64,000 nucleotides of DNA from a phage, in sequence record PZ452610.1; one strand, 5' to 3'. The notes beneath the pieces were generated by a model. It was not told where the DNA came from and made no database searches. It worked only from the letters and a program-made list of their open reading frames with translations. The translations under genes were made by a program, and so were the position numbers. Shown in pieces: positions 45,642-54,641 of the stretch. Position 1 is the stretch's first letter; each line of letters starts with the position of its first letter.

Positions 45642-46182
45642 ATAAAAAATCCAAACTAGGCGAATCGCTAACAACTTCCTTCTTTTCAGCCCCAGGAGCT
45701 TTATAAGCGGATTCTTCATAATGCGTCATTTTATCGTAGATGTCTTGAATAAACGTTTCATCTACTAACGCTACCATATCATCGTCATGACTGTCGTAGA
45801 CATTATGAACGAAGTAACTATATTTCTTTGCAACTTCCTTACGTTCTTTTTTGATACGTTGGACAAAAGCATTAAAACAAGCTCGAGTTATGTATGCATG
45901 TGGGTTATTGTACTTAGTTTCGTCGAAATTATGAAGTCCCTTAATAGAGGCTTCAATCCCATCTGCAATCATCTCCTGCTTCCAAGACTGGGTATATCCT
46001 GAAAAGTTGAAACGTTTGGACAGGCCTTCGGCGATAAGCATAATTGCTAAACCGATGGTATCATTCTGACGAATAATTTTGTTTGGGTCTTTATTATTTA
46101 AGAGCTCCTTTTTCCACTCGATTATAGCGGCGAGAAGCTCTTTATTATTCACATAGTTATTTTTAGGTTTTTGTTCAGTCAT
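45625..46182 (-). CDS. 55: late-transcription sigma factor gp55
   Basis: 185 aa from ATG at 46180-46182; near-identical to T4 gp55 ([11 protein letters not shown]...[52 protein letters not shown]). Confidence 0.9.
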   Translation of the reverse strand: MTEQKPKNNYVNNKELLAAIIEWKKELLNNKDPNKIIRQNDTIGLAIMLIAEGLSKRFNFSGYTQSWKQEMIADGIEASIKGLHNFDETKYNNPHAYITRACFNAFVQRIKKERKEVAKKYSYFVHNVYDSHDDDMVALVDETFIQDIYDKMTHYEESAYKAPGAEKKEVVSDSPSLDFLYEDDN

Positions 46183-46203
46183 AAGTACCTCTTGGCTCAA
46201 TTC

Positions 46204-46247
46204 ATAGGTCTATTATATCATAATATTTAGAGACCTATCTTAAAGCA
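46204..46247 (-). promoter_or_regulatory. promoter region upstream of gene 55 with MotA box and stem-loop
   Basis: Minus strand exact TGCTTTA box; ATAGGTCT/AGACCTAT 8-bp inverted repeat encloses TATGATATAAT. Confidence 0.4.
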
Positions 46248-46254
46248 CGAGATA

Positions 46255-46524
46255 CTATCGGAGCAAACAATAAGCCTGAAACACTTTTTCCATTAAACGT
46301 TTGAACTCATGGATATCGATATAAAGCTCAGTAAGACCTGCATTATAAAGAAAATCTAAAAAGTTCTCATGTGTTTCGTTATAGTCGCCTTCGTTTAATT
46401 GAGATACATGAGTTTCCCAAAAACCAACACCTTTAACGAATGGAAAATACGTGACTTTCATGTATTCGTCAACATAAAATTCGCCCAGCTTTTCTTCAGT
46501 TATACTGATTCGAGTTAATTTCAT
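46255..46524 (-). CDS. hypothetical protein (89 aa)
   Basis: ORF track. Confidence 0.5.
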   Translation of the reverse strand: MKLTRISITEEKLGEFYVDEYMKVTYFPFVKGVGFWETHVSQLNEGDYNETHENFLDFLYNAGLTELYIDIHEFKRLMEKVFQAYCLLR

Positions 46525-46748
46525 TCTAGTTCCTTTGCTGCTTCAAGAGCAGCATCCAGCGAATCAAATTGGTCAACGAAATCAATATTCAACGCATCGT
46601 CAACCGTAGCATATAACCACCATTGTTTGAATTCGTATTCAAGAATAAATCCAGGACCTTCAATCTGAGGAAGACCTAGGCTATTTGTACCAACTTCGTA
46701 ACCAGCTAGACGCAGGTCATTAATCAAAGTTTCTGTTAATACGCTCAT
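46521..46748 (-). CDS. hypothetical protein (75 aa)
   Basis: ORF track. Confidence 0.5.
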   Translation of the reverse strand: MSVLTETLINDLRLAGYEVGTNSLGLPQIEGPGFILEYEFKQWWLYATVDDALNIDFVDQFDSLDAALEAAKELE

Positions 46749-47077
46749 TTTGCCGCCTTAACAATTTTCAGGTCAACGAATTTTTTCTTACGTTGATTTT
46801 TCATACGACGGATAGTCTTTTCAGAGATTTCATGTTTCTGATAAGCTTTAGATTCAACACCAAATGCAGCAACGTCAAATTCAGAAAGAATATATTGTAC
46901 TAGAATTTCACGAATAGAATTACGTCCAATTTTCTGGTCGTGTTTTTGCATGATTTCATAAAGACGGAATTCCCACGCATCAAGAACTTGAGGAGTAACA
47001 ATATTGCCAGATTCCAGAAGAGCAACAACTTTATCGAAAGCGAAAGAATTAACTACGTTTTTGATTTTAGTAGACAT
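46745..47077 (-). CDS. hypothetical protein (110 aa)
   Basis: ORF track trimmed to MSTKIKN start with AGGA RBS. Confidence 0.5.
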   Translation of the reverse strand: MSTKIKNVVNSFAFDKVVALLESGNIVTPQVLDAWEFRLYEIMQKHDQKIGRNSIREILVQYILSEFDVAAFGVESKAYQKHEISEKTIRRMKNQRKKKFVDLKIVKAAK

Positions 47078-47114
47078 ATTATTTTCCTCGGTTATTTTAT
47101 TATCCAACGAGGGC

Positions 47115-47144
47115 ATTATACTCTGCTCTCAAGAGTCTGTACAC
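47115..47144 (-). promoter_or_regulatory. early-type promoter cassette (copy of 2109-2138)
   Basis: Minus strand GTGTACAG, 18 bp, TATAAT; sequence gcattatactctgctctcaagag shared with 2105-2130. Confidence 0.5.
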
Positions 47145-47383
47145 TATTTTTTAAGCATGAAAAGCAAGTAATTTGTATCGCGTGGGCTGATATCGACACC
47201 CATATCAAAGATACCTTTATATATTGGGTATTTGTTTTCGGTTGTATCGAAGCTGAAACTATTTCCATCACAACTAACAGTAATAGCATCTGTTAAAATG
47301 TCATACTCAATCCTAACAATTGAATCCCCAATTTTAACGTCGAGGTGTTTTTTGAATTTGATAAAATCTAATTCTTGGGCCAT
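47144..47383 (-). CDS. hypothetical protein (79 aa)
   Basis: ORF track; AGGA RBS. Confidence 0.5.
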   Translation of the reverse strand: MAQELDFIKFKKHLDVKIGDSIVRIEYDILTDAITVSCDGNSFSFDTTENKYPIYKGIFDMGVDISPRDTNYLLFMLKK

Positions 47384-47403
47384 GATATTTTCCTCATTTT
47401 AAG

Positions 47404-47437
47404 ACGATAGGAAGTCATGTTATTATCTTCCTATCGT
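47404..47437. repeat. inverted repeat (11-bp arms)
   Basis: ACGATAGGAAG-12 nt-CTTCCTATCGT just downstream of 47447..47647 stop. Confidence 0.4.
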
Positions 47438-47446
47438 TGTATATTA

Positions 47447-47647
47447 TTAACCGAACTTTTTAGCGCCTTTCCAGCCTTCGTACATAACTGCGCAAGTCAA
47501 TAGCACGGCATGTTGGCATTCTTTGTATTTGTAAATCCAGAACCAGCGTAAAAAGTCTTCATCCTCAACACCGTTGAGTTTCATATTGGCAAAGAATTCG
47601 GCACGTTCTTCACGAAGTTGCCATGACACAATATTTTCAGGATTCAT
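47447..47647 (-). CDS. hypothetical protein (66 aa)
   Basis: ORF track (GTG start) trimmed to ATG at 47645-47647, ATGA-coupled. Confidence 0.45.
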   Translation of the reverse strand: MNPENIVSWQLREERAEFFANMKLNGVEDEDFLRWFWIYKYKECQHAVLLTCAVMYEGWKGAKKFG

Positions 47648-47778
47648 TTTGTGTTCCACGCCCCATTTTCATCGATGAACTTAATCCAGTCATTTACAGA
47701 CCATTTAGTTGTATCACCCTTTGGATTAACATTTAAAGTATATAATCCCTGCTTAAAAAGCATTCGTTTGATATTCAT
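47644..47778 (-). CDS. small protein (44 aa)
   Basis: ORF track trimmed to MNIKRML start with GAGGA RBS. Confidence 0.3.
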   Translation of the reverse strand: MNIKRMLFKQGLYTLNVNPKGDTTKWSVNDWIKFIDENGAWNTK

Positions 47779-47785
47779 AATTTCC

Positions 47786-48079
47786 TCAACTGTAACGATA
47801 ACATTCGTTAGCTTTACGTTTGGCTTCAGTATGAGAAGTATTATAATCATACTCTTCTTTACTGTAAACATCTTTTTTCAACTTACGAACTTCTTTGCGG
47901 AGTTGTCGATTCATTTCGTTCTTGACTTCAGAATCAACGCCTTTCATACGCTTCCATTTATCAGAGCGGAATATGTTTTCAACCATGTCTTTGTGGCTAA
48001 CACCGTCAGGAGCTTTACGTTTACCAAAATAGTCATAATCGCGAACTTTCAAATCTTTACGACGATACGTTTTACCCAT
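47786..48079 (-). CDS. hypothetical basic protein (97 aa)
   Basis: ORF track trimmed to MGKTYRRKD start with GAGGT RBS. Confidence 0.5.
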   Translation of the reverse strand: MGKTYRRKDLKVRDYDYFGKRKAPDGVSHKDMVENIFRSDKWKRMKGVDSEVKNEMNRQLRKEVRKLKKDVYSKEEYDYNTSHTEAKRKANECYRYS

Positions 48080-48086
48080 AAGTACC

Positions 48087-48335
48087 TCAGAGGTTGATTG
48101 ATACAACGCGTTTGATAAAATTCACTTCACTTACTGAAAGGTCTTTAAGACCGATTGATTCTAAACGCTGAGTAAGCGTCAACATCGGGATATAATCCCA
48201 ATGAGTTTTATTTGCTTGATAAGTACGAACGCCATTAGCAATTTCAACATGCAAATCGGAAATGGTAACGAATACCGGACGTTCGTCATTAACTTTAAGG
48301 GTTAGAACAACTTTCTTTGAATCTAAACTAATCAT
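48087..48335 (-). CDS. hypothetical protein (82 aa)
   Basis: ORF track. Confidence 0.5.
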   Translation of the reverse strand: MISLDSKKVVLTLKVNDERPVFVTISDLHVEIANGVRTYQANKTHWDYIPMLTLTQRLESIGLKDLSVSEVNFIKRVVSINL

Positions 48336-48514
48336 GACTTAATTTCCTTCGCAATTGAACAGAAGATACCACGGTCACAAAGCATTTCACCAATTTCTGG
48401 ATATTTGATTGAACGGTACCAAACATCCAGGCTTGAAACTCTGGTTATCTGTACTGCATTACCGTTGACAGAATAGTACTGGTCAACCTTAATTTCTTTA
48501 TCTTCAATTGTCAT
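48332..48514 (-). CDS. hypothetical protein (60 aa)
   Basis: ORF track trimmed to MTIEDKEI start with AGGA RBS; early promoter upstream. Confidence 0.45.
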   Translation of the reverse strand: MTIEDKEIKVDQYYSVNGNAVQITRVSSLDVWYRSIKYPEIGEMLCDRGIFCSIAKEIKS

Positions 48515-48543
48515 TTTATTTTCCTCTGTGGTAGATGGTGTTA

Positions 48544-48572
48544 ATCTTAACATATCTATCGAGGATGTAAAC
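48544..48572 (-). promoter_or_regulatory. early-type promoter
   Basis: Minus strand GTTTAC, 17 bp, TAAGAT; AGGA RBS of 48332..48514 follows. Confidence 0.4.
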
Positions 48573-48681
48573 TGGTTTTATGAAAATATTTTTGATTTGA
48601 GAGGGGCACAAGGAGATAGTGAAGTGAAGATTCCAATGGATTATATTAGAAATGAGATAAAGAAGACCAGGCGGCACCTGG

Positions 48682-49005
48682 TCAATCTTCTATGATATCA
48701 GAGTCGTATCCTAATGAAATCAAGGACTTTTTAAACTCTGCAATATTCTTTTGTTTCTTATCATTTAAAAATATGACAGGATAACGAATATTAAGTGAAG
48801 TGAATCCTGCACGTTTAGCAAGAGATACGATTAAAGGTCGGTCATATTCAATCTTACCATTATTAGTGAGGACTTTATAAAATGTATAAGGAGCATTGAG
48901 CTCCTTTAAAAGTTTTGTAACAGTATAACATCCTGGACAACGTCCTACTTCTTCAGGGATGCCATAAATTTCAATCTTGTTCTTTAAGTTCGAGTTTTGT
49001 TCCAC
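48682..49005 (-). CDS. nrdH: glutaredoxin-like protein (NrdH-like), start codon uncertain
   Basis: KIEIYGIPEEVGRCPGCYTVTKLL has a CPGC redox motif; no in-frame ATG before the domain, GTG at 49003-49005 proposed; immediately upstream of nrdG as in T4. Confidence 0.5.
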   Translation of the reverse strand: MEQNSNLKNKIEIYGIPEEVGRCPGCYTVTKLLKELNAPYTFYKVLTNNGKIEYDRPLIVSLAKRAGFTSLNIRYPVIFLNDKKQKNIAEFKKSLISLGYDSDIIED

Positions 49006-49288
49006 GAGAAATAATTCCTTGGTAAGCCCAATAAGGAGGATTAACAGAATCCTCGCCAGAGTTTTCTTCAGGAAAATAAACCTGGATAACAAATCCAGAT
49101 GCATCAAAGGTAAAATAAACCGTAGGCAGTTCACCTAACAATTCGGCACGAGCATTAATTTCTTCGAGATCTCGTTCACGTCCAGCCCAAAAACTAGGAT
49201 TTAGATTACATTCGTAAAAATAATAGTCATTACCGAACATATCAAACCCCTTCCAACTCTCTACCACATACCGCTCAAAACTAATCAT
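48971..49288 (-). CDS. hypothetical protein (105 aa)
   Basis: ORF track; 3' end overlaps start region of glutaredoxin ORF. Confidence 0.5.
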   Translation of the reverse strand: MISFERYVVESWKGFDMFGNDYYFYECNLNPSFWAGRERDLEEINARAELLGELPTVYFTFDASGFVIQVYFPEENSGEDSVNPPYWAYQGIISRGTKLELKEQD

Positions 49289-49290
49289 AA

Positions 49291-49506
49291 TTAAGCCTTT
49301 TTATCAAGAACAGAATTCAGTTTATTAGTAATTTTGTCCAAACGTTCATTGAATTCGCTGGAGGATAAACCCTTTTCCGGAGAAATTAAACTAATCACGA
49401 AAAATACACCAGTAAAAGGAATAAGAAAAATAGCTCCAACTGCCATAAACAAAAAGAACGTTACAGTTGTAAGAAAATCAGCTAAACCTTTACGAAATTT
49501 ATACAT
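49291..49506 (-). CDS. small membrane protein (71 aa)
   Basis: ORF track; one strongly hydrophobic segment. Confidence 0.5.
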   Translation of the reverse strand: MYKFRKGLADFLTTVTFFLFMAVGAIFLIPFTGVFFVISLISPEKGLSSSEFNERLDKITNKLNSVLDKKA

Positions 49507-49617
49507 ATTTACCCTTAATTAATTAACCAAGCATTGATAAGCAAACCATATTGCGAATAAAATTCTGGACCAAAATGAAAAATCATATCATTTATAGTAT
49601 CCATAATGTAGTTCAAT

Positions 49618-50088
49618 TTAATCATGTTTCCACACCCCATTGGTATTCGACCAAAGTCGCTGATTATCTGATCCTCGCCACAGTTTTTTGGTCGGAAGAT
49701 TTTTCTCATACTTCCCATCAATAATAACATCAACATATTTAAGCATTTCTAGTTGTTTAATATCTTCAAACTTATATCCTGTCCACAACCAAATGCTTTT
49801 ATTGGGATAAATATTTTTTACTGTTTGAACAATGCAATGAACAACATCTCTATTATCAGGATAGAGAGGGTCGCCTCCGGTTATAGTCAATCCTTCTATA
49901 TAATCATTATTCAAACATTCAATTAATTGTTCTAGTGTCTCTCCAGTGAATGGAGCACCATTTCTAGCGTTCCATGTTGATTTATTATAACACCCTTCAC
50001 ATTTATGCAAACAACCTGTAACGAAAAGAACGACCCTGCAACCAGGGCCATTCACAAAATCGCAAGGATAAAATCTATCATAATTCAT
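49618..50088 (-). CDS. nrdG: anaerobic ribonucleotide reductase activating protein (radical SAM)
   Basis: 156 aa; CLHKCEGC radical-SAM cysteine motif; downstream of nrdD. Confidence 0.9.
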   Translation of the reverse strand: MNYDRFYPCDFVNGPGCRVVLFVTGCLHKCEGCYNKSTWNARNGAPFTGETLEQLIECLNNDYIEGLTITGGDPLYPDNRDVVHCIVQTVKNIYPNKSIWLWTGYKFEDIKQLEMLKYVDVIIDGKYEKNLPTKKLWRGSDNQRLWSNTNGVWKHD

Positions 50089-51902
50089 TGGTGTTTAACC
50101 CTATGCATGATTTCTTTATTTTTACCGAGATTAAATCCGCGTTCGTTCGGATTTCCCAAATAACCGCATGTTCTTCTTATGGTGTTCATCTTTTTAGGAT
50201 CAGTTTCTCCGCAAACTGAACAAACAAATCCGTTTTCAGTAGGAGTCATTTCATGGGTACTTCCACATGTAAAACATTTATCTACTGGCATATTAACACC
50301 AAAATAATCTAAATGTTGTGCAGCATAATCCCAGACAGCCTCAAGTCCCTTTAAATTGTTTTTCATATCTGGAAGTTCAACATAAGAAATGTGACCACCT
50401 GTCGCAATGAAATGATATGGCGCTTCACGAGAAATCTTTTCAAACGGAGTAATATTTTCTTCTACTGAAACATGGAAACTATTAGTGTACCAGCCTTTAT
50501 CTGTAACATCTTTTACACTTCCATATTTTTCTGTGTCTAGTTTACAGAAACGATAACAAAGGTTTTCAGCAGGTGTAGAATACAAGCTAAAAGCAAACCC
50601 AGTTCTTTCAGTCCATTGTTTAAGAAGAGCATTCATTTTAGTTAAAATTTCTTGTCCAATATCACGTCCGACAAGAATATTCAATTCGTGGATACCAATG
50701 TATCCTAAAGACACTGAACTTCTACCGTTTTTAAATAACTCAATTATGTCGTCATCAGGTTTAAGACGAACCCCGAATGCACCTTCTTGGTAAAGAATAG
50801 GAGCAACAGTCGCTTTAACTCCTTTTAAGGAACTAATTCTACACATCAAGGCTTCAAAACACAGATCCATACGTTCATTGAATAATTCAACAAATTTCTG
50901 TTCATTGAACTGTGTTCCAATATAAGAATCTAATGCGATACGAGGAAGATTCAGTGTTACAACACCGAGATTATTACGTCCATCAAGAATTTCATTACCA
51001 GTCGAATCTTTCCATACGCTCAAGAAACTACGGCAACCCATTGGAGAAACTGGAACTGAAGAACCAGTAATAGCTTTATTATTCTTAGCTGAAATAATAT
51101 CAGGATACATTCTTTTGCTTGCGCACTCTAGAGCAAGCTGCTTAATATCATAGTTCGGATCGTCTTTATAAAGATTAACACCTTCTTCAACGAACATAAC
51201 AAGCTTAGGGAAAATAGGAGTTATTCCATCACGACCAAGACCTTTAATGCGGTTTTTAAGAATTGCCTTCTGAATCATTCGTTCAGTCCAATCGGCCCCC
51301 GTACCAAATGTAATTGTTACAAAAGGTGTTTGTCCGTTTGAACTAAAGAGAGTATTTACTTCATATTCATAAGCTTGGAACGCGTCATAGACATCTTTTT
51401 CTGTTTTGGATTGAGCATAATTCAACGCATCAGCGATTTGCCATTTTTCCGCATCTTCAACATGTTTAGCGTATGTGCGTTTAACATAAGGAGAAAGAAC
51501 TTTATCGACATTTGCAAATGTAGTTCCGCCATACTGATGTGAAGCAACTTGTGCAGTAATTTGTGCCATAATTGCAGTAGCAACACCAATCGATTTAGGC
51601 GTTTCAATTTGAGCATTGCCTAATTTAAATCCGTTCTCAAGCATCCCCTTTAAATCGACTAAACAACAATTAGTAAACGGAAGAGCAGGAGAATAATCAA
51701 TATCATGCATGTGGATAATTCCACTTTCATGCGCATTCATAATAAAAGACGGGACCATATTTTTGGCAATGTGCTTAGACACAATACCAGCCATAAGGTC
51801 CCGTTGAGTTGGAAAAACACGAGAATCTTTATTAGCATTCTCGTTTAAAAGGTCTTTATTAGTTTTATGAATTAATCCTTCAATTTCTTTTTCAATTTTC
51901 AT
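50085..51902 (-). CDS. nrdD: anaerobic ribonucleoside-triphosphate reductase (glycyl radical enzyme)
   Basis: 605 aa; C-terminal RRTCGYLG glycyl-radical motif and CxxC zinc site; T4 NrdD length. Confidence 0.95.
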   Translation of the reverse strand: MKIEKEIEGLIHKTNKDLLNENANKDSRVFPTQRDLMAGIVSKHIAKNMVPSFIMNAHESGIIHMHDIDYSPALPFTNCCLVDLKGMLENGFKLGNAQIETPKSIGVATAIMAQITAQVASHQYGGTTFANVDKVLSPYVKRTYAKHVEDAEKWQIADALNYAQSKTEKDVYDAFQAYEYEVNTLFSSNGQTPFVTITFGTGADWTERMIQKAILKNRIKGLGRDGITPIFPKLVMFVEEGVNLYKDDPNYDIKQLALECASKRMYPDIISAKNNKAITGSSVPVSPMGCRSFLSVWKDSTGNEILDGRNNLGVVTLNLPRIALDSYIGTQFNEQKFVELFNERMDLCFEALMCRISSLKGVKATVAPILYQEGAFGVRLKPDDDIIELFKNGRSSVSLGYIGIHELNILVGRDIGQEILTKMNALLKQWTERTGFAFSLYSTPAENLCYRFCKLDTEKYGSVKDVTDKGWYTNSFHVSVEENITPFEKISREAPYHFIATGGHISYVELPDMKNNLKGLEAVWDYAAQHLDYFGVNMPVDKCFTCGSTHEMTPTENGFVCSVCGETDPKKMNTIRRTCGYLGNPNERGFNLGKNKEIMHRVKHQ

Positions 51903-52372
51903 TTTAAACTCTTTCTAAGCTGCTTTTTGAATGAAGCTATTAATTGTGTTTTAGTATCAGATTCATTATATTCAAATCCTCTTTGAAGCATCTCAGTCAT
52001 CATTTCCTCTTTACCTAGTCTTGAGAACTCTTTAGTTTTGTCTGGAACAAAATTAGGATGGATATTATTATCAGAATAATCTTGTTTCAAATAAGCAAGA
52101 AGAGCTTCAAGCCATTCGAGGTAATCAACGTTTTGACCTTTAAGACCAGAACGGTTGAACTTATGCTTCATTTGACCTTCTGCTGCATTGCACAGGTTAC
52201 ATAGTAAACCACGAACCTTACCAGCTTTTGGCCCGTTTAATTCATGGTCGTGGTCAAGATGGTTACCTTGAACATCAGGGTCTAATTCACGGTGGCAAAT
52301 AGGACACTTACCATTCTGTGCATCATAAAATTTTTGTTTTTCTTCTTTATATTTTGCGCCTGATAATAACAT
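51899..52372 (-). CDS. 49: endonuclease VII (Holliday junction resolvase)
   Basis: 157 aa, near-identical to T4 endo VII (MLL.GKLYKEEKQKFYDAQNGKC.IC.REL...HLDHDHELNGPKAGKVRGLLCNLCNAAEG). Confidence 0.9.
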   Translation of the reverse strand: MLLSGAKYKEEKQKFYDAQNGKCPICHRELDPDVQGNHLDHDHELNGPKAGKVRGLLCNLCNAAEGQMKHKFNRSGLKGQNVDYLEWLEALLAYLKQDYSDNNIHPNFVPDKTKEFSRLGKEEMMTEMLQRGFEYNESDTKTQLIASFKKQLRKSLK

Positions 52373-52399
52373 GATAAACCCTTACCTTAAATAGATAAG

Positions 52400-52570
52400 G
52401 GTATTTATAATTTAGTAAACGTTATAAAAGTCTCGATGGAAACGCTTATACTGACGAATCATTCTTTTAGTAGGACGAGTTTCTGAAATAATTGAAGTCC
52501 TCATATTTGGATTGTTTGGGGCCCAATCATAATAAATTTCCAGGATTTTTGCCCATTTTTTCTTTCGCCA
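52400..52570 (-). pseudogene. frameshifted copy of the small basic gene at 53015..53185
   Basis: Nucleotide similarity to 53015-53200 (shared ataaaagt..cgatg..tttagtaggacga..ttgcc(c)atttttt); reading frame broken into 14-30-aa fragments. Confidence 0.3.
52402..52409 (-). promoter_or_regulatory. late promoter (TATAAATA) for gene 49
   Basis: Minus strand TATAAATA about 30 nt upstream of endo VII ATG; T4 gene 49 is known to have a late promoter. Confidence 0.5.
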
Positions 52571-52599
52571 TAAAATAGTTCAGTTTTCATAATAAGCCC

Positions 52600-53013
52600 T
52601 TAACTTAAACGTCTTTCTAAATATTCAATGTATTCCGCGGCGGCTTGCATCAGATTACCTTCATAACCGTCATTATTTTCTTGACCGGCTAATTTAGCTA
52701 AAGCATAAGAAATACGTTCACCTTCGAATTCGCCAAGACCACCATCACAAACTACTTGGTCAATTTCTTCGAGTTCATCTATTGAATGGGATTCCCAGAA
52801 GCACCAAAGAGAAGTATCACGGTCATAGATGCAAAGTTTCTCACCTGTGTTCAACATCACTTCGATAATGCCATGGTCGCCATAACCATCTTCGGTAGTA
52901 GTACCAATTACCTTGATGATTGTTCCTTTCTTTAATTCAGGAAACTTGACTTGTAGTTCTTCATCTTCTTTAACAATCTTGAACCATTTACCGCGAGTTT
53001 CAGAAATATTCAT
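52600..53013 (-). CDS. hypothetical protein (137 aa)
   Basis: ORF track trimmed to MNISETRGKW start; the track N-terminus overlaps the upstream small gene. Confidence 0.45.
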   Translation of the reverse strand: MNISETRGKWFKIVKEDEELQVKFPELKKGTIIKVIGTTTEDGYGDHGIIEVMLNTGEKLCIYDRDTSLWCFWESHSIDELEEIDQVVCDGGLGEFEGERISYALAKLAGQENNDGYEGNLMQAAAEYIEYLERRLS

Positions 53014-53014
53014 A

Positions 53015-53185
53015 TCAATATTCTCTATAAAAGTTACGATGAGAACGTTTAGCTTTGCGAAGCTGACGTTTAGTAGGACGAACTGTAAATGGTTGTCCAG
53101 AGAAAAAATTCGGATCGGTTTTAATAAGCAAATACCAATCATGTTTGCCATTTTTTAATAAACGGTACAATAATTTAACTTGCAT
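53015..53185 (-). CDS. small basic protein (56 aa)
   Basis: ORF track trimmed to MQVKLLYRLLKNGKHDWYLL start; C-terminal RPTKRQLRKAKRSHRNFYREY; early promoter at 53225-53254. Confidence 0.4.
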   Translation of the reverse strand: MQVKLLYRLLKNGKHDWYLLIKTDPNFFSGQPFTVRPTKRQLRKAKRSHRNFYREY

Positions 53186-53200
53186 AATAATCTCTTCCCA
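53015..53200. repeat. duplicated small-gene segment (copy A; copy B at 52400-52570)
   Basis: Shared nucleotide blocks between the two regions; copy A has an intact 56-aa ORF. Confidence 0.4.
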
Positions 53201-53224
53201 TTTCCATATCAATTAATTCATTTA

Positions 53225-53254
53225 TTGAAGGTTCATCATAACACGTTTCTTCGT
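53225..53254 (-). promoter_or_regulatory. early-type promoter
   Basis: Minus strand GTTTAC, 18 bp, TATGAT upstream of small basic gene. Confidence 0.45.
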
Positions 53255-53313
53255 CGTTGTAAACTGTTTCGACGTCTGGCTCGACCGTCTCCCATCGAGC
53301 CGAATACCACGGT

Positions 53314-53670
53314 TTAACCGCGGAGTTTATTGATCTCTTCATAATCAACCCAGGATTCTAGCCCAGATGGCAAATCAGATTCAATTTCCCAAAGAAGCTC
53401 TTCAATGGCTTGCAGGCGATTATATTCTTCAACGGTAATGGTAACCATTGGTGCAACCGGTTCTGCCTTTTTAACAATCATATCGTTCATCAGGATGTAA
53501 AGGTCATCACGAACGACAGTGTCGTTCCAACCCCATGATTTGGCTTCATAAGCTAATGATGAAGGGAGCACATTTAAAACTTCAATAATAGTTGGAGCAT
53601 CAGGACCAAGTTCATTGGCACAAACTTCGTATACATCTTGGAAATCTTTAAGATTTAATGAATATGTCAT
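53314..53670 (-). CDS. hypothetical acidic protein (118 aa)
   Basis: ORF track. Confidence 0.5.
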   Translation of the reverse strand: MTYSLNLKDFQDVYEVCANELGPDAPTIIEVLNVLPSSLAYEAKSWGWNDTVVRDDLYILMNDMIVKKAEPVAPMVTITVEEYNRLQAIEELLWEIESDLPSGLESWVDYEEINKLRG

Positions 53671-53930
53671 TTAAAATATTCTCGTAGTTGGTCAAAGCCA
53701 CCGATCGAAGTTCCATCAGGAGCAAACACTTGAGGCATAGTCAATCCAACTTGTGATTCACGTCCAAGCTTAACCAGAAGCTCAGCAATTTTCTCATCAT
53801 CAAAAACACCTTTTTCTGGCATAACGTTAATGAATTCGAATGGTTGTTTCTTAACAGTCAGCAATCGTTTCGCATTATCACAATAAATGCATTTATGAAT
53901 AGTAGAGTCATACCCGTACACTTTAAACAT
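53667..53930 (-). CDS. nrdC: thioredoxin/glutaredoxin NrdC
   Basis: 87 aa from MFKVYG start; near-identical to T4 NrdC (MFKVYGYDS.IHKC.YCDNAKRLLTVKKQPFEFIN). Confidence 0.9.
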   Translation of the reverse strand: MFKVYGYDSTIHKCIYCDNAKRLLTVKKQPFEFINVMPEKGVFDDEKIAELLVKLGRESQVGLTMPQVFAPDGTSIGGFDQLREYFK

Positions 53931-54336
53931 TATTTTTCCTTTCATCGATTAAATATGCAACGCCAAATACAATACATGTAATAAAACCTGTGATACAGAT
54001 AGAAACCAACAACACTGTACCAAAGAACCAAATCAGGTTATCTTTAGTAGTTTGTTTTATATCCATCTCACGAATTTCTATAGCTATAGTATCACCTTTA
54101 TTCAGAAGCGTATAAAACGACGGTGATACATGCCTGTCAAAAACTCGTCCTTGCTCATCTTTATAGACTGCAATAAATTCTAATTTAGAATATTTTCCTG
54201 TAGATTGACCTGAGATTAATTCCACTACCTCCACAGGAATTACTTTAGTTTCCATGTAAGTATTCTGACTGTTCCAAATGAATGGAATAATAGCAAAAAC
54301 TAAAGCTGCGATAAAACAACGAAGGCTATATCTCAT
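53923..54336 (-). CDS. membrane protein (137 aa)
   Basis: ORF track; N- and C-terminal TM segments. Confidence 0.5.
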   Translation of the reverse strand: MRYSLRCFIAALVFAIIPFIWNSQNTYMETKVIPVEVVELISGQSTGKYSKLEFIAVYKDEQGRVFDRHVSPSFYTLLNKGDTIAIEIREMDIKQTTKDNLIWFFGTVLLVSICITGFITCIVFGVAYLIDERKNNV

Positions 54337-54641
54337 TATAATGTTCTCTCAAATTTGTGGAAGCATTTACGGCATTTCAATTTCAAGTTATCACTGGTCC
54401 AGTTAACCAGTTGGACTTGGATAGTTCCACATTCCGGACATGGATGTTTTGCTGCCGATTTGGCAGCATTTTCACGTCGTTCAACCATTTTCATGATTTC
54501 GTTCCATGCTGGAGGAACGAACTCTTCTTCACCGTGGATTTTATCTCGCTGAACAAATTCAATCTTTGAACTATCGTCAATAAACTTAACCAAGCGGTGA
54601 TTAGTGTTCATATCAATATCCTCTAAAAGACGTAGTTTCAT
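54336..54641 (-). CDS. zinc-finger protein (101 aa)
   Basis: CPECG...CRKC motif pair. Confidence 0.5.
   Translation of the reverse strand: MKLRLLEDIDMNTNHRLVKFIDDSSKIEFVQRDKIHGEEEFVPPAWNEIMKMVERRENAAKSAAKHPCPECGTIQVQLVNWTSDNLKLKCRKCFHKFERTL

Noticed and set aside
49515-49736. 73-aa ORF overlapping the nrdG 3' end
   Set aside because: Most of it is the alternative frame of nrdG; at most a 36-aa remnant starting at 49623-49625 could be real
53186-53332. 55-aa minus-strand ORF
   Set aside because: Contains the -35/-10 of the promoter at 53225-53254 and overlaps the upstream gene; more likely non-coding leader
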